NCBI GenBank assembly: GCA_963758915.1
Contig: CAVWXH010000012.1
Coordinates: forward strand, 1 to 49,144
DNA: 49,144 nt
DNA from: an uncultured Methanomicrobiales archaeon
GTDB taxonomy: Archaea > Halobacteriota > Methanomicrobia > Methanomicrobiales > Methanospirillaceae
Direction: 5' to 3'
The first letter of the stretch is position 1. The number at the start of each line of letters is the position of its first letter. Of the stretch, positions 22,277 to 33,298 are shown in pieces. The position numbers and the translations under genes are program-made. Below the pieces are notes generated by a model. It was not told where the DNA came from, did not search any database, and saw nothing but the letters and a program-made list of their open reading frames with translations.

Positions 22277-23796
22277 AGGGATCCCTGATTTGTAATCTAT
22301 GGGTATTCTTACGATGTATCTTGGGAGTTTCTAACAAAAAGGTTGCGGTAGTCCCACGCTGAATTCATGCAAAGGTATGCGATAACCCAGGGGATCCGGA
22401 TAAAAAACACCAGGTGGTTGTCTAACTCTTGCCCCTAACTTAATGCAATGGGTAAGCAGAATGACAAATGTGAACTTTTCCGATTTCAAAAGCATCACGT
22501 CAGATGAAACCCGATCCTTCGAACACTTGTATTATCGGGCTGGTATGAAAAACTCCACGAACCACCTGAAAGACGACCTTTTTCATTCTCATCTATGAGC
22601 CAACGGCTCATAGCACGCTCTGTTGAAACACACATGAACGATGAGTTCACCCCCGAACTATGAAAATGCCCTTTCATAATCTCCTCATTTGTGGTTTGTT
22701 TAACCATTTTCATGGGAACCCCTGAACATTTTTTAAAAAAGGATGGATACTCAGACAGTAGGGGGTTTCACCCCCCTCACTGTCCCACCCATGATAAGAT
22801 ATTCATTGGCAGAGTTCAGTTGAGACATTCAAGGAAATTTCAGAGATTTATAAATCATTCCTTATCCCAACCGGGGCCGCTAAAGCGGCGGGACTGAACC
22901 CCGGGAGCGTGACTAAATTTGGGAATAACCTAATGTACAAACTAGATTGAGAGAATTTCCTCGAAACCGGATTTTTTCTATTTTTACCAGCGGGAATTTT
23001 TCAGTGGGACTCCTGAAGATTTGCAGCCCATGGAGGCCCCTTATACGAGCAGGGGGAAACGAGTGTGTCCGCAGACTCAATGACTGGGAGAGAACAAAGG
23101 TTAATGTATTTACACCACCATTTAACAAAGACACGGTTCCGGGATCTTCAAATAATCAGGAACACCTGCGCGGGAACTATAGTGCGGGAATCAGACCGGG
23201 ATGGTAAAATTACCAATAATTAAGGGCAGGCTCTGTCGGAACACAATGATGCCGACAAAGGGGCTCGATGATCCATGGTTTCATGGTGATGGCCCTTCAG
23301 GAAGAGGGCCTGCACTGTAACGTGTAAATTGTCCCGTGCGGTTCCCAGAGGGAATTTCGCCGGTACGCCGAAGATGGCTCGCCACCAGATTACCGGGAGC
23401 ACCGGATGGAGGGTAAGGGAGATTTAGGAACCTGAACGGACCTGATCTTCAGGTTACCCTGCAGGCAACTCACTATATACCGATGTTACTGGTGGAATGA
23501 ACGGGAAAACGTGGGAGCAGCCCCGGGCATGCGGATGCCGGAGTAAGATATCATCCTTATGCCGCGTATTCCGGAAATAGAGGGGCAATGATTATTCCCA
23601 GCAGGGTCGTGCCTGAAGACCGGCACCAGCTCATGGGTCCACAGGGAAACTGTATCCGGGACCGTAACGGGGCCGATGTCCGGCAACGCCGGTCCGGACG
23701 AACCATCGCGGGGATCACGTGATACCATAACAGACCGGGAAATAATCCCCACGAAAGAAACCAGTCAGAGATAAAAATTCAGGAGATACAACACCA

Positions 23797-25135
23797 ATGG
23801 AAATAGAAATTATCGCCGTAGGCGGATACGATGAGGTCGGGAGGAACATGACCGCCGTCCGCTGCGGGAAAGAAATTGTCATTTTTGACATGGGGCTCCG
23901 CCTGAACCAGCTGATGATCCACGAGGACGCGGAGGTCGAAGAGATGCATTCCCTTGACCTGATCAAGATCAAGGCGATTCCCGACGACACCGTGATGCAG
24001 ACCGTCGAAGGCACGGTGAAGGCCATCGTCTGCTCGCACGGGCACCTGGACCATATCGGGGCCATCCCGAAACTATCGCACCGGTACAATTGTCCCATCA
24101 TCGCGACCCCTTATGCAACCGAACTGATCCGCCAGCAGATTTCAGGAGAGAAGAAATTTCTCGTGAACAACAAGCTCTTATGCACTCAGTGCAGGGCAGA
24201 AGTACACGATCTCGCAGAACCTTGTTCTTGAATTCGTGCATACACAGCACTCGATCATTGATACCGTCACGCCGGTGCTTCACACACCTCACGGTGCGAT
24301 CGTCTACGCCTGTGACTTCAAGTTCGACCGGACGCCGGTCATCGGTAAACCGCCGGACTTTGCCCGGTTCCGGCAGATCGGCAATGAAGGGGTGATGGCC
24401 CTTATCGTGGAAAGTACCTATATCCATCGTTCAGGACGGAGCCCAAGCGAACGGATCGCCCGCAATCTTGTGCGGGACGTCATCACCAGTTTCGAAGATG
24501 ACAAGAATGGCATCGTGGTGTCGACCTTCTCGTCCCATATCTCCCGGGTGAAGACCATTGCGGAATGCGCCCACGAGATCGGCAGGAAGCCGGTCTTCCT
24601 CGGCCGCTCGATGGAAAAATATTCCGTTACCGCAGAACAGATGAAATATGTCTCGTTTCCTGATACGGCAAGCGTCTTTGGGACCCGGAGGACCGCCGAC
24701 CGTATGATGCAGAGGATGATGAAGGAGGGAAAGGAGAAGTTCCTGCCTATCATAACCGGCCACCAGGGGGAACCCGGGTCTATCCTTACCCGGATTGCGC
24801 TCGGTGAAACACCGTACCTGCTGGGTAACGGTGACAAGGTGCTCTTCTCGGCAAACATCATCCCGAACCCGATGAATATCGGGCAGCGGTACCGGATTGA
24901 ACAGCACATCAAGAAAGTGGGTGCACGGGTATTCGAGGACCTGCATGTGAGCGGGCACGCCTACCGGGAAGACCATTACGAATTTCTCCAGATGCTCAAA
25001 CCGCAGCACATCATCCCTGCTCATGGAGACCTGATGATGTCAGCAGCGTATGCCACGTTTGCCAGCGATCTTGGGTATACGCTCAACAAAGATGTCCACC
25101 CGATGAGGAACGGGCAGCGGCTTCGGATCAACTGA
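23797..25135 (+). CDS. rnj: Ribonuclease J (beta-CASP metallo-beta-lactamase); frameshift ~24177
   Basis: [48 protein letters not shown]; removing one T at ~24177 joins the two ORFs. Confidence 0.92.
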
Positions 25136-25357
25136 AGAAGTCCATCTTTTTTCGCCGGGGATGGTCTGGGTTCCTGAAAATTGTAACCCTTTTTACCCGT
25201 GCAATTCAATGACTGACTGAAGGGTAAAGTTGCTTATCGCGAAAACGGCAGGTGCGGGTCTCTTGAGATCGATGAATACCCATTAAAGCAGGGACCGGGG
25301 TGAGAGATTATTTTCGAAGGGAAATTTATTATTCCCTTTTTCCCCGATTCCGACTTG

Positions 25358-27407
25358 TTATATTTTAAAATCTGCTACAACTTTACTGACCTTAGACGGG
25401 GTCAGTTCGAATTGTTCGATCCATTGTTTTGATCCCATCTGGACAATAACCTCATAAAACCCGAGTTTCATGTGGTCAAATGTATGAGGCGTGCTCTCTC
25501 CCGGTGTCCAGCCGTTCAGGAAGATACTGGCACCTTTTGGAAGACTGTCGACTACGATTGTGCCTTCCCCGTAATTCTCCATGGGGAACAGGACCTTCTG
25601 GGGTGTAGTGTTTGAATCCCTGATTTCAAGGGTAACAATCTTTTCAACGGGGTATAATCCCGGCTTTGATAACATGATCCGGTGAAGACTCCCGGAAATC
25701 TCGGTAAAGGTATGGGGTGTAGTATACCCCGTCCTGAAGCCGTCGATGAAGATCTCGGCTCCCTCGGGAACTGAATTGACCAGCAGCGGTGGATGTGGTT
25801 CCTGTTGTTCAACAAGATTCATTGAAACCGTAGGTTGGTTCGTGCAGGGAATAAGGAAGGAGGTATATGCTTCACCTTTCCGTACACCGATAAACGACCC
25901 CGGACAGCCGGCACTGATTGTTGCCGGAAGCCTTCCTACCGGGTACCTGCCGTTAATGGTAAATTCAGCACCAGAATAGGCCCCTGGACTGATCGTGACC
26001 CGTTTCGATATAAGGACCTCCTCGGTATCGACATTGTACATTGTCAGTGCATCATGGTACACCCACACACTCCGCGTATAGGTGACCGGGCCGCTTGCCT
26101 TGTCGGCCCTGAGTATACTAATGGTGTGCTGGCCTTCCGGGTACCCGTAGTAAAGGAACGGGGTCCCTCCTTTGACCTGCACCCCGTCAATGGAGAGATC
26201 GAGCCTGTCCGGGAAAGAAGTCACATACATGCCGCCGTACCTGTTCTGCGCTGTCGATTTACCCGCTGTCACGAACAGGGCCTCCATAGTAGATGTGAGA
26301 GGAATTTCAAGCGTTTTATCCTCATCGAGGGTCAAATCTTCATCGTAGGCAAGATACCCGGTGCGGGTCAGGCTCAACGTATACTTCTTCTGTTCGAGGT
26401 CGGTCATGACAAACGGGGTTGTGCCGGTCCGGTTCCCGTTCAGCACGATAAGTGCACCACTGGGGTAAGAATTGACGGTAAGGTTGAATACGGGCATTGG
26501 TACCGGGGCCGGTGTAGGCTGAACGGGAACCGCTTCAGTTATAGTGAGGTTGGCGGCAGGCAGTAACGTGGGGGCTGATGTAACATTCCGGGCTGCACGG
26601 GCTGCCAGATTCTCCGGGTTGAGAAGGAACCGCTCTTCAGGGACAGGCCCGTATAACGGCGAACCGATCAGGTCATCGGCAGACCTGTTTGTCCAGATCG
26701 ATTTATTTTCCGCTGAATAATTCCGGAGGCTTCCCCGGAAGGCCCGCGGGGTGACTTCAGTAAACTGGAGAATACTTTTGATAAGATTGGCATACCCCGT
26801 CCGGAGCATATTTGGTGGCGGGCCCTCCTCCTCATCTTCCGAAATTGTATCATTGGGGATGCCTGTTGCCGGGGTCGTAAGGCTGGAATACTCATCGGCA
26901 TGAAGGGTCAGGTTGATACTGGTTTTCAGTCCACGTCCCGCAATTTCCGATAGTTCCATCATCTGGCCCTTCATTTCCTGGAACCCGCTTTCATTCCCCG
27001 ACAAGGAGTCCTGCCCGGCACCGCCCTCTTTTTTACCAGGGCCTGCCGGTACCCCTGCCTGGCGGGTCTGGTTGATACTCCTTTTAATTCCCATTCCTGC
27101 TATTTCCAACAGTTCTGCGGAGTTCCCCTGTACTGCGAGATAGAGGTCTTTTGCCCGACCGATTGGTACTGGTAACACCCGCGATGTATCGGGTAATCTC
27201 CGTGTTGTTTCCTTCCCGGAAGACAATGGTCTGATTAACGGACTGTGGGACAGGACAGATGGGATTGCCAAACTGGTCAACTTCTGTGCAGGCCGGGGTA
27301 GCCGGATCTTCCGCTGCTGCCACAGCAACAAATGCTGAAAGTACGAGGAGAAGTATAACCGCATAGCAGAGGAGGCCATGCTTTGCATCTTCCTGTTGTC
27401 CCCTCAT
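25358..27407 (-). CDS. Secreted multi-PEGA domain protein; frameshift ~27150
   Basis: Signal peptide in ORF 27084..27407; several PEGA repeats (VNSYPSGA...GTTP, VNSVPEGAEIFIDG...TTP, VDSLPKGASIFLNG) in ORF 25358..27388. Confidence 0.8.
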
Positions 27408-28447
27408 AATCCCTCCGGTCTTCGAATCCGGACATCAACCTGCCGGAATGGGATCTCGATTCCTTCCGCATGGAACTGTTCGACGATGCGGGAATTGACA
27501 TAGTCCTGGACATCCCAGGAATTGTCGTAGTTGTTTGTCCAGAGAAGCAGTTGTCCGTTCAGGCTGGATTCCCCTAACTCCAGGAAATACACTGAAGGGG
27601 CCGGGTCCGGAATAACCCATGGAGTTTTCTCCGCAGCCTCGTGGGCAATTTCAAGAAGTAGACTTTTTACCCGTAGAATATTGGTCCCGTACGCCACGGA
27701 GAATGGGATCCTTACCTTCATCAGGTTATCCGGCTGTGCATAATTGACTACCACATTGGATGTAATCTTAGAGTTCGGGATCGTAACAATCTGGTTATCG
27801 AGTGTTTTCAACCGGGTACTTCGAGGCCCGATACTGATAATGTCGCCTAAGAACGTGTCAAACTTGATACGGTCACCAATCTTGAACGGCTTGTCTATCG
27901 TAATTACTGCTCCGGAAAAAAAATTCCCGATGAGATCCTGGGCGGCAAGGGCAAGGGCAATCCCTGCGATCCCGGCACCGGCAAGGAGCGGTGTAATATT
28001 GATATCGAAATTTGCAAGAATCAGGAGGACGGCGGCAAACCAGATCAGGTATTTTGTAATGATCTCGAGCATGGGCAGCAGCCGGTCATCGAAGTCTGTT
28101 TCAGTCTTCGCTGCAACAACCGAACCATATGTCCGTATCAGGTCGTGTGAAAACGACGAGACAATCCATCCCCCGATCAGGATGAAAAATGCATTTACGT
28201 ACTGGTCAACCGTAAATCCGGCGATAGTTTCAGGCAGGATCCCGAAATGGGTCAGTGCAATGTATACCGAGCCCGCAAGGATCGTGATGACCAGCGGTTT
28301 TCCGAGTGCCGCCAGCAGGATATCGTCAAGTTGCGATTCGGTTTCTGATGCCTTTTTTTTCAGCCACCGGATAACGACGTGGGCAATTCCCGCTATTATC
28401 AGGCCTAAAACAATGGTAAGGCCTGCATAAAGTATCCCAGGGTCCAT
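27404..28447 (-). CDS. mscS: Small-conductance mechanosensitive channel
   Basis: LLAGAGIAGIALALAAQDLIGNFFSG, DKPFKIGDRI, IPNS, VAYG, GIEIPF. Confidence 0.93.
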   Translation of the reverse strand: MDPGILYAGLTIVLGLIIAGIAHVVIRWLKKKASETESQLDDILLAALGKPLVITILAGSVYIALTHFGILPETIAGFTVDQYVNAFFILIGGWIVSSFSHDLIRTYGSVVAAKTETDFDDRLLPMLEIITKYLIWFAAVLLILANFDINITPLLAGAGIAGIALALAAQDLIGNFFSGAVITIDKPFKIGDRIKFDTFLGDIISIGPRSTRLKTLDNQIVTIPNSKITSNVVVNYAQPDNLMKVRIPFSVAYGTNILRVKSLLLEIAHEAAEKTPWVIPDPAPSVYFLELGESSLNGQLLLWTNNYDNSWDVQDYVNSRIVEQFHAEGIEIPFRQVDVRIRRPEGL

Positions 28448-28499
28448 TACAGATACCCTCCTTATCCCGGTATCAGCGATGCTTATCGTGCTCACCCGA

Positions 28500-29343
28500 T
28501 CACAACTTCTTATACCAGACATTCATGCTCTCCAGTGAGCCGCAGATGTTGGTATTATTGGGGAGGAGTCCCCCGAACTGGTATCCAGAACCTGCAAACG
28601 TGGTATTGATCGGTTTGGAAATTGCCCTGGCAATGGTGTATGCCAGCAATCCACCCTCCTTTTTTACTTCAGTTTCCATTGCATGAAGCAGGTTTACGGC
28701 AAGTCCTCTTCCACGGAACCCGGGATCGGTTGCAAAATCCGTCATCTCCGCAGTCTTATTGTCAGCATTGAACTCAAAAGACGCTACAGCAGCAAGCTGA
28801 TGAGATTTTTTGATGATAAAATACCGCACCTGCTTCTGCATAGACTCCCTGATATATTCAGGGTCAGAAATGGGGAATGGGTATGTTTTAAAGACCGATT
28901 GGTACAGGGCTGCAATATCCTTCGCATCTCCGGAATGGCCATGCATCAGTGAGAATCCCTCCATCAGCTTATCAGGGGATCTCTCGCCCGCATATCCGAA
29001 CGCTGCCGAAAGGACCTCTGCAATTACCGTTGCATCTGGGACATCCTTCCGTTTTGGATCTGTATATTTTGCCATGAAAACAGCAGTATCTGATCCGTTG
29101 TAAAAAAGCGGGATGGTCGCTTCAGCCTGCGTAACCCGCCTCCGTAAAAATATCCACCGAGGATTCCGGCACCTTGACAAAGATTTTCGTGTAACCTTCT
29201 TTGTGAGTTAGTTCATCGGCGTACCGGATAATATCCGGGATATCTTCCCGGGCCAATTTCATTATATATACTCTGTTATTGATTTTGCCGTGCTGGAGGA
29301 CGCTGTTTCCCCGGTGCACTACAACATCACAATGCGTCATCAT
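28500..29343 (-). CDS. ablB: Beta-lysine N6-acetyltransferase (GNAT); frameshift ~29140
   Basis: [64 protein letters not shown]; GGAGGT SD; overlaps end of ablA. Confidence 0.9.
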
Positions 29344-30788
29344 ACCTCCTTTCAATCCGGTCATTATTTGCCGGGATCAGTGTCGTTGTTTCGTCATAAT
29401 CTGCAAGAAGCCTGGCAACACCGACTACTTTTGACTCGTCCCCCCGGTCAATGTTCAGGTGGAGTTTACATTCGGCACAATCTCCGTTGCAGAAGATGCG
29501 GTCATAGTTGGCTGGTTCCTGGTAGGTACAGATCATCCCCTCGTAATTGCGGAGCACCACCTTGTGCACTGACCACGTCAGCAGGTAGTTAGGGAAGATC
29601 GGGATCTTTCCTCCGCCACCTGGTGCATCGATAACGTACCTGGGGACGGCGAACCCGCTGGTGTGGCCGACGAGGTTCTCCATGATTTCGATACCTTTGG
29701 AGACAGGGGTACGGAAATGGCTGATACCTTCGGACAGATCACACTGGTACAGGTAATATGGCCGGACACGGTTCCTGACGAGCTCATGGATAAGCGCTTT
29801 CATAATCCTTGGACAGTCATTGATCCCGGCAAGGAGAACGGACTGGTTTCCGAGCGGAATACCTGCATCCGCAAGTTTTGCAATAGCAATTCGCGTAGAC
29901 TCTGTCATCTCCTTGGGGTGGTTGAACTGCATGTTCACCCAAAGAGGGTGGTGCTTTTTCAGCATGGTAACGAGATCATCAGTCACTCTGAACGGGAGCG
30001 TTACGGGTACACGGGTCCCGATTCGGATTACTTCTACGTGAGGAATAGCACGGAGCTCGGTGAGTATCCAGTCGAAGGTACTCATTGGAGAGCATGAACG
30101 GGTCACCACCGGAGAGCAGCACATCGCGTATCTGCGGGGTGTTCCGGATGTATTCAATACCCGCAAGGATCTCTTCCCGTTCGGGGATCGAATCAACATC
30201 GCCGACCTTTCGTTTCCGGGTGCAATGCCGGCAGTACATCGCACAGGTATTGCTGACAAGGAACAGTACCCTGTCCGGGTACCGATGCGTGATACATGTA
30301 CACGGGCTGTCCTTATCTTCAGCCAACGGGTCGGAGAGCTCGTAATTTTCGATAATGAGTTCATTGGGAGATGGGAATGCCTGCTTGAAAATCGGGTCAT
30401 TCTGATAATCATTCACATCAATGAGGGAGATGTAATAAGGAGTGATATTGAGAGGAAATTTATCGATCGTCTTCTGGAGCTGTTCCCGCTCCTCCCGATT
30501 GAAACGGATACCGAGGACCTGTTCGACTGTTGCAAGGTCCCTTATTGCATGCCGCATCTGCCAGCGCCAGTCTTTCCAGAACTCGGGAGTCCGTTCGGAT
30601 TCAATGGTATTCCGGATAATTGATGGATCATCCGGTTTTTCTCCTCCCTCATAATGACCCCTCAGGACAGAGATAATATCCTTAACCGTATTTTTTACCT
30701 GGCCACTCACCTGCTTCACTGAGCGAAGGGTGGCAACAGATACCCCGGTTTCCTTTGGTTCTTTCGGGACATCGGAATTATTTGTCAT
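29327..30788 (-). CDS. ablA: Lysine 2,3-aminomutase (radical SAM/PLP); frameshift ~30076
   Basis: [61 protein letters not shown]. Confidence 0.95.
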
Positions 30789-30800
30789 CGTTGAGATCCC

Positions 30801-31946
30801 TCAAAACAACCACTGCATCTTCGGTTTTTTCACCGGTAGGAGATCACCGGGTTCAGTTGAATGGTGCCGGTAATCGTCAAACCAGCGTGCCAACGGGTTG
30901 CTCTGAAAAATCATGAACTTCCCGATTTGTGCCGGATCTGCTGACTGGTGGTATCGCATGAAGACGTGTCCAGCGGTCTTTCCTACCATCTCAATCTTGC
31001 CGGTCGCATGGGACATGATAAACCGGGCCCGCTTTGCAAGTCCTGAACAGGTCTCCCACGATTTCTGGAGGACTTCGTAGGATTGCTCAAGGGGGACCTG
31101 GAAGAACTGGTTACCGATGGTCGGCCTGCACTGGAAGACGTAATATGGAGAAATGCCGGCAAATGACAACCTCCGGAAGAGCATTGTCAGGGTTTCCGGT
31201 TCGTTATTGATACCGTTCAGGATCGGCGTCTGGTTGACAACGATAACCCCTGCCTTTCTGAGCGCTTCTGCAGCCTGTATTGAAACTTCGGTCAGTTCAC
31301 GGGGATGGTTGAAATGTGCCATCAGGTAGATACGTTTCTCCGGTGTGCTGAGGCGTGAGAGGACGTCGAGCAGGTTGGGATCGTTCAGGATCCTGTAGGG
31401 ATTATAGGCCAGCATTTTGCTGCCGATCCGGATGATATTGACGTGTTCGATCTCCCGCAGTTCCCGCAGGATCTTACCCAGATCCCGGGTTTCGAGGGTA
31501 AGCGGGTCACCCCCGGTTACAAGGACATTGGTGATTTCCTTGTGCTCCCGGATGTACTCGATATTATCAGAAACGTCCCTGATGGTTTCACGTTCGCAGG
31601 ACATGAACAGGCGTTTCCGGAAACAGAAGCGGCAGATACCGCCACAAACATCAGTGAGGAGCAGAACACCGGTCTGGCCATATTTATGCTGCAGGCCGGG
31701 TTTTTTGGTATAGTCTTTTTCGCACGAAGGATCAGCAGATCCCCCGGTTTTTAGTTCACAAGAGTCGGGAATAACAATCCTGCGCAGCGGATCGTGCCCG
31801 TCTTTCCAGTCAATCAGCGAGAGATAATAATCGTTGGCACGGAACGGGAACAGTTCCGTCACCGTCTCCATCATCTCCCTCGCTTTAGGGGCGAGCCCGA
31901 CAAGGTTGTCGAGCTCTGAAATGGACGTAATGTACTTCGGGTTCAT
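30801..31946 (-). CDS. KamA-family radical SAM aminomutase paralog, substrate unknown
   Basis: LQHKY, CGGICRFCFRKR, TGGDPL, IRIGSK, HFNHPREL, NQTP..GIN, PYYVFQCR, SHATGK; intact ORF. Confidence 0.9.
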   Translation of the reverse strand: MNPKYITSISELDNLVGLAPKAREMMETVTELFPFRANDYYLSLIDWKDGHDPLRRIVIPDSCELKTGGSADPSCEKDYTKKPGLQHKYGQTGVLLLTDVCGGICRFCFRKRLFMSCERETIRDVSDNIEYIREHKEITNVLVTGGDPLTLETRDLGKILRELREIEHVNIIRIGSKMLAYNPYRILNDPNLLDVLSRLSTPEKRIYLMAHFNHPRELTEVSIQAAEALRKAGVIVVNQTPILNGINNEPETLTMLFRRLSFAGISPYYVFQCRPTIGNQFFQVPLEQSYEVLQKSWETCSGLAKRARFIMSHATGKIEMVGKTAGHVFMRYHQSADPAQIGKFMIFQSNPLARWFDDYRHHSTEPGDLLPVKKPKMQWLF

Positions 31947-32082
31947 TTCTTCACCTCATTCGGGGGTTATAGCCTGCCTGTCAGAGGGCAGGGGTAGAGT
32001 AGTGCGAAAATTTCTGATAGACATTAACAGAATTTGATCGTAGTAACGTGCACCACTCAGTAAACTTTTCTATTGGGCTCAT

Positions 32083-32134
32083 CCTTTAAACCCTTTGTGT
32101 TATTTCAATTATAAATGACGGAAACGTTTAAAGG
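32083..32134. promoter_or_regulatory. 9-bp inverted repeat containing TTTAAA boxes between divergent genes
   Basis: cctttaaac (32083-32091) ... gtttaaagg (32126-32134), 34-nt AT-rich spacer. Confidence 0.45.
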
Positions 32135-32302
32135 GGATTGAAAACGAACCATTTACACCTTGGCCCGATCCTGTTTGCGATGGAAGAATATCGCGGTCTC
32201 GTGGCAGTACCGGAAATCATAAACCTTCAGGCAATCACAATAACCTGATACATAAAGCAGAAATCCCGTAACTATTCCCGGAGTAATCGACTGTGCAATC
32301 AA

Positions 32303-32683
32303 TTGATCATGAAGGGCATTACATTCCCCGCCAGGATTATTCGAAAGATCTCACCGTACCTTTCGGGCCCATGGTTCAGGCTTGCCCTCGTGGCGATTAT
32401 GCTCGTCGTCTATGCTCTCGACCTCAGTAGCCCGCTTGGTGTCCCGGTCTGGCTGCTGTATTTTATCCCGCTGATTCTTGCTTTCTGGTCTAAAGCACCA
32501 TACGCAGTTCCTGCGGTCTGTGCGGTAACAATACTCTTTCTTGCAACGGGGTTCGTCTTCTCTCCCCCGGGAATACAGACAACGGCCGCCCTGTTTATCC
32601 GGATTATCTTTTCTGTGGTGTTTGTCGGCACATCTGTTGTGCTCTGGATGATACTCAGGCGACAGGGACGGGTTGACAGGTAA
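32303..32683 (+). CDS. Small hypothetical membrane protein (about 4 TM)
   Basis: Hydrophobic segments with DL..PLG.....LYFIP pattern reminiscent of sensor-kinase N-terminal membrane modules. Confidence 0.65.
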   Translation: MIMKGITFPARIIRKISPYLSGPWFRLALVAIMLVVYALDLSSPLGVPVWLLYFIPLILAFWSKAPYAVPAVCAVTILFLATGFVFSPPGIQTTAALFIRIIFSVVFVGTSVVLWMILRRQGRVDR

Positions 32684-33042
32684 TTATTGACCCTGCTGGC
32701 GGTCATCTTTTTCAGGGCATCCAGGGATGCCTCCGCCCTGAGTTCCTGCCAGAACCCGATAACGCTGTTAACCAGTATCAGCAGGGAGATGACGAGAAAG
32801 TCCTTGATATCGGCGACGAAAAGGGAGATAATGGCTGCAAGGATCAGGATATAGATGAGCAGGCTTTTAAACTGGCGGAGAAATATGACGACCTTTGATG
32901 TTTTTTCTTCTGACAGGGTATTTTTTCCACACACCAAAAGACGCGTAGCGGCCTCAGCTTCTGTAAGACCATGGGGACCGGTGGACAGCTTGCCGGTGAT
33001 CTCTTCAACAGGACATGCGTGGGGGGTTTCAGGCAGTTCCAT
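32684..33042 (-). pseudogene. N-terminal fragment of a P-type cation-transporting ATPase
   Basis: GLTEAEAATRL...GKNTL, FLRQFKSLLIYIL, N..IGFWQE.RAE.SLDALKKM; homology ends at ~32690 and the ORF runs antisense into the neighbour; no DKTGT. Confidence 0.8.
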
Positions 33043-33298
33043 GGGATACTATTGTAACCTTTATCCATGGATATAAAGCATTTCTGGTAACCCAATGCGG
33101 GTAAAAATAAGGGTTACATGATAAAAACGCCTGATAACTGTCCCTTTATACCCCAACTTGTGAAGACATCGACATAACAATGCGACACGCTACAGGATGA
33201 GGGATAGGGCTGGTATTTCCGGCTAAATCCACTCTCTTGATTGAATTCCGCGCAACCAAGAATGTGGGGGATTCAAACAGCGGAAAAATGGGCAGCGG

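Noticed and set aside
22495-22713. 72-aa minus-strand ORF with internal GAGGAG-ATG
   Set aside because: No recognisable motif and it overlaps the hairpin cluster; cannot be supported as coding
22277-23796. RNase P RNA, SRP RNA or tRNA in the long intergenic region
   Set aside because: No GAGGAAAGUCC-type RNase P motif, no SRP helix-8 motif; the minus-strand ggggttcagtccc is not a canonical T-arm and no cloverleaf forms
30801-31946. Calling the KamA paralog epmB or a second ablA
   Set aside because: EF-P beta-lysylation is bacterial and no epmA/efp is nearby; lysine-binding Asp residues appear absent, so no symbol was assigned
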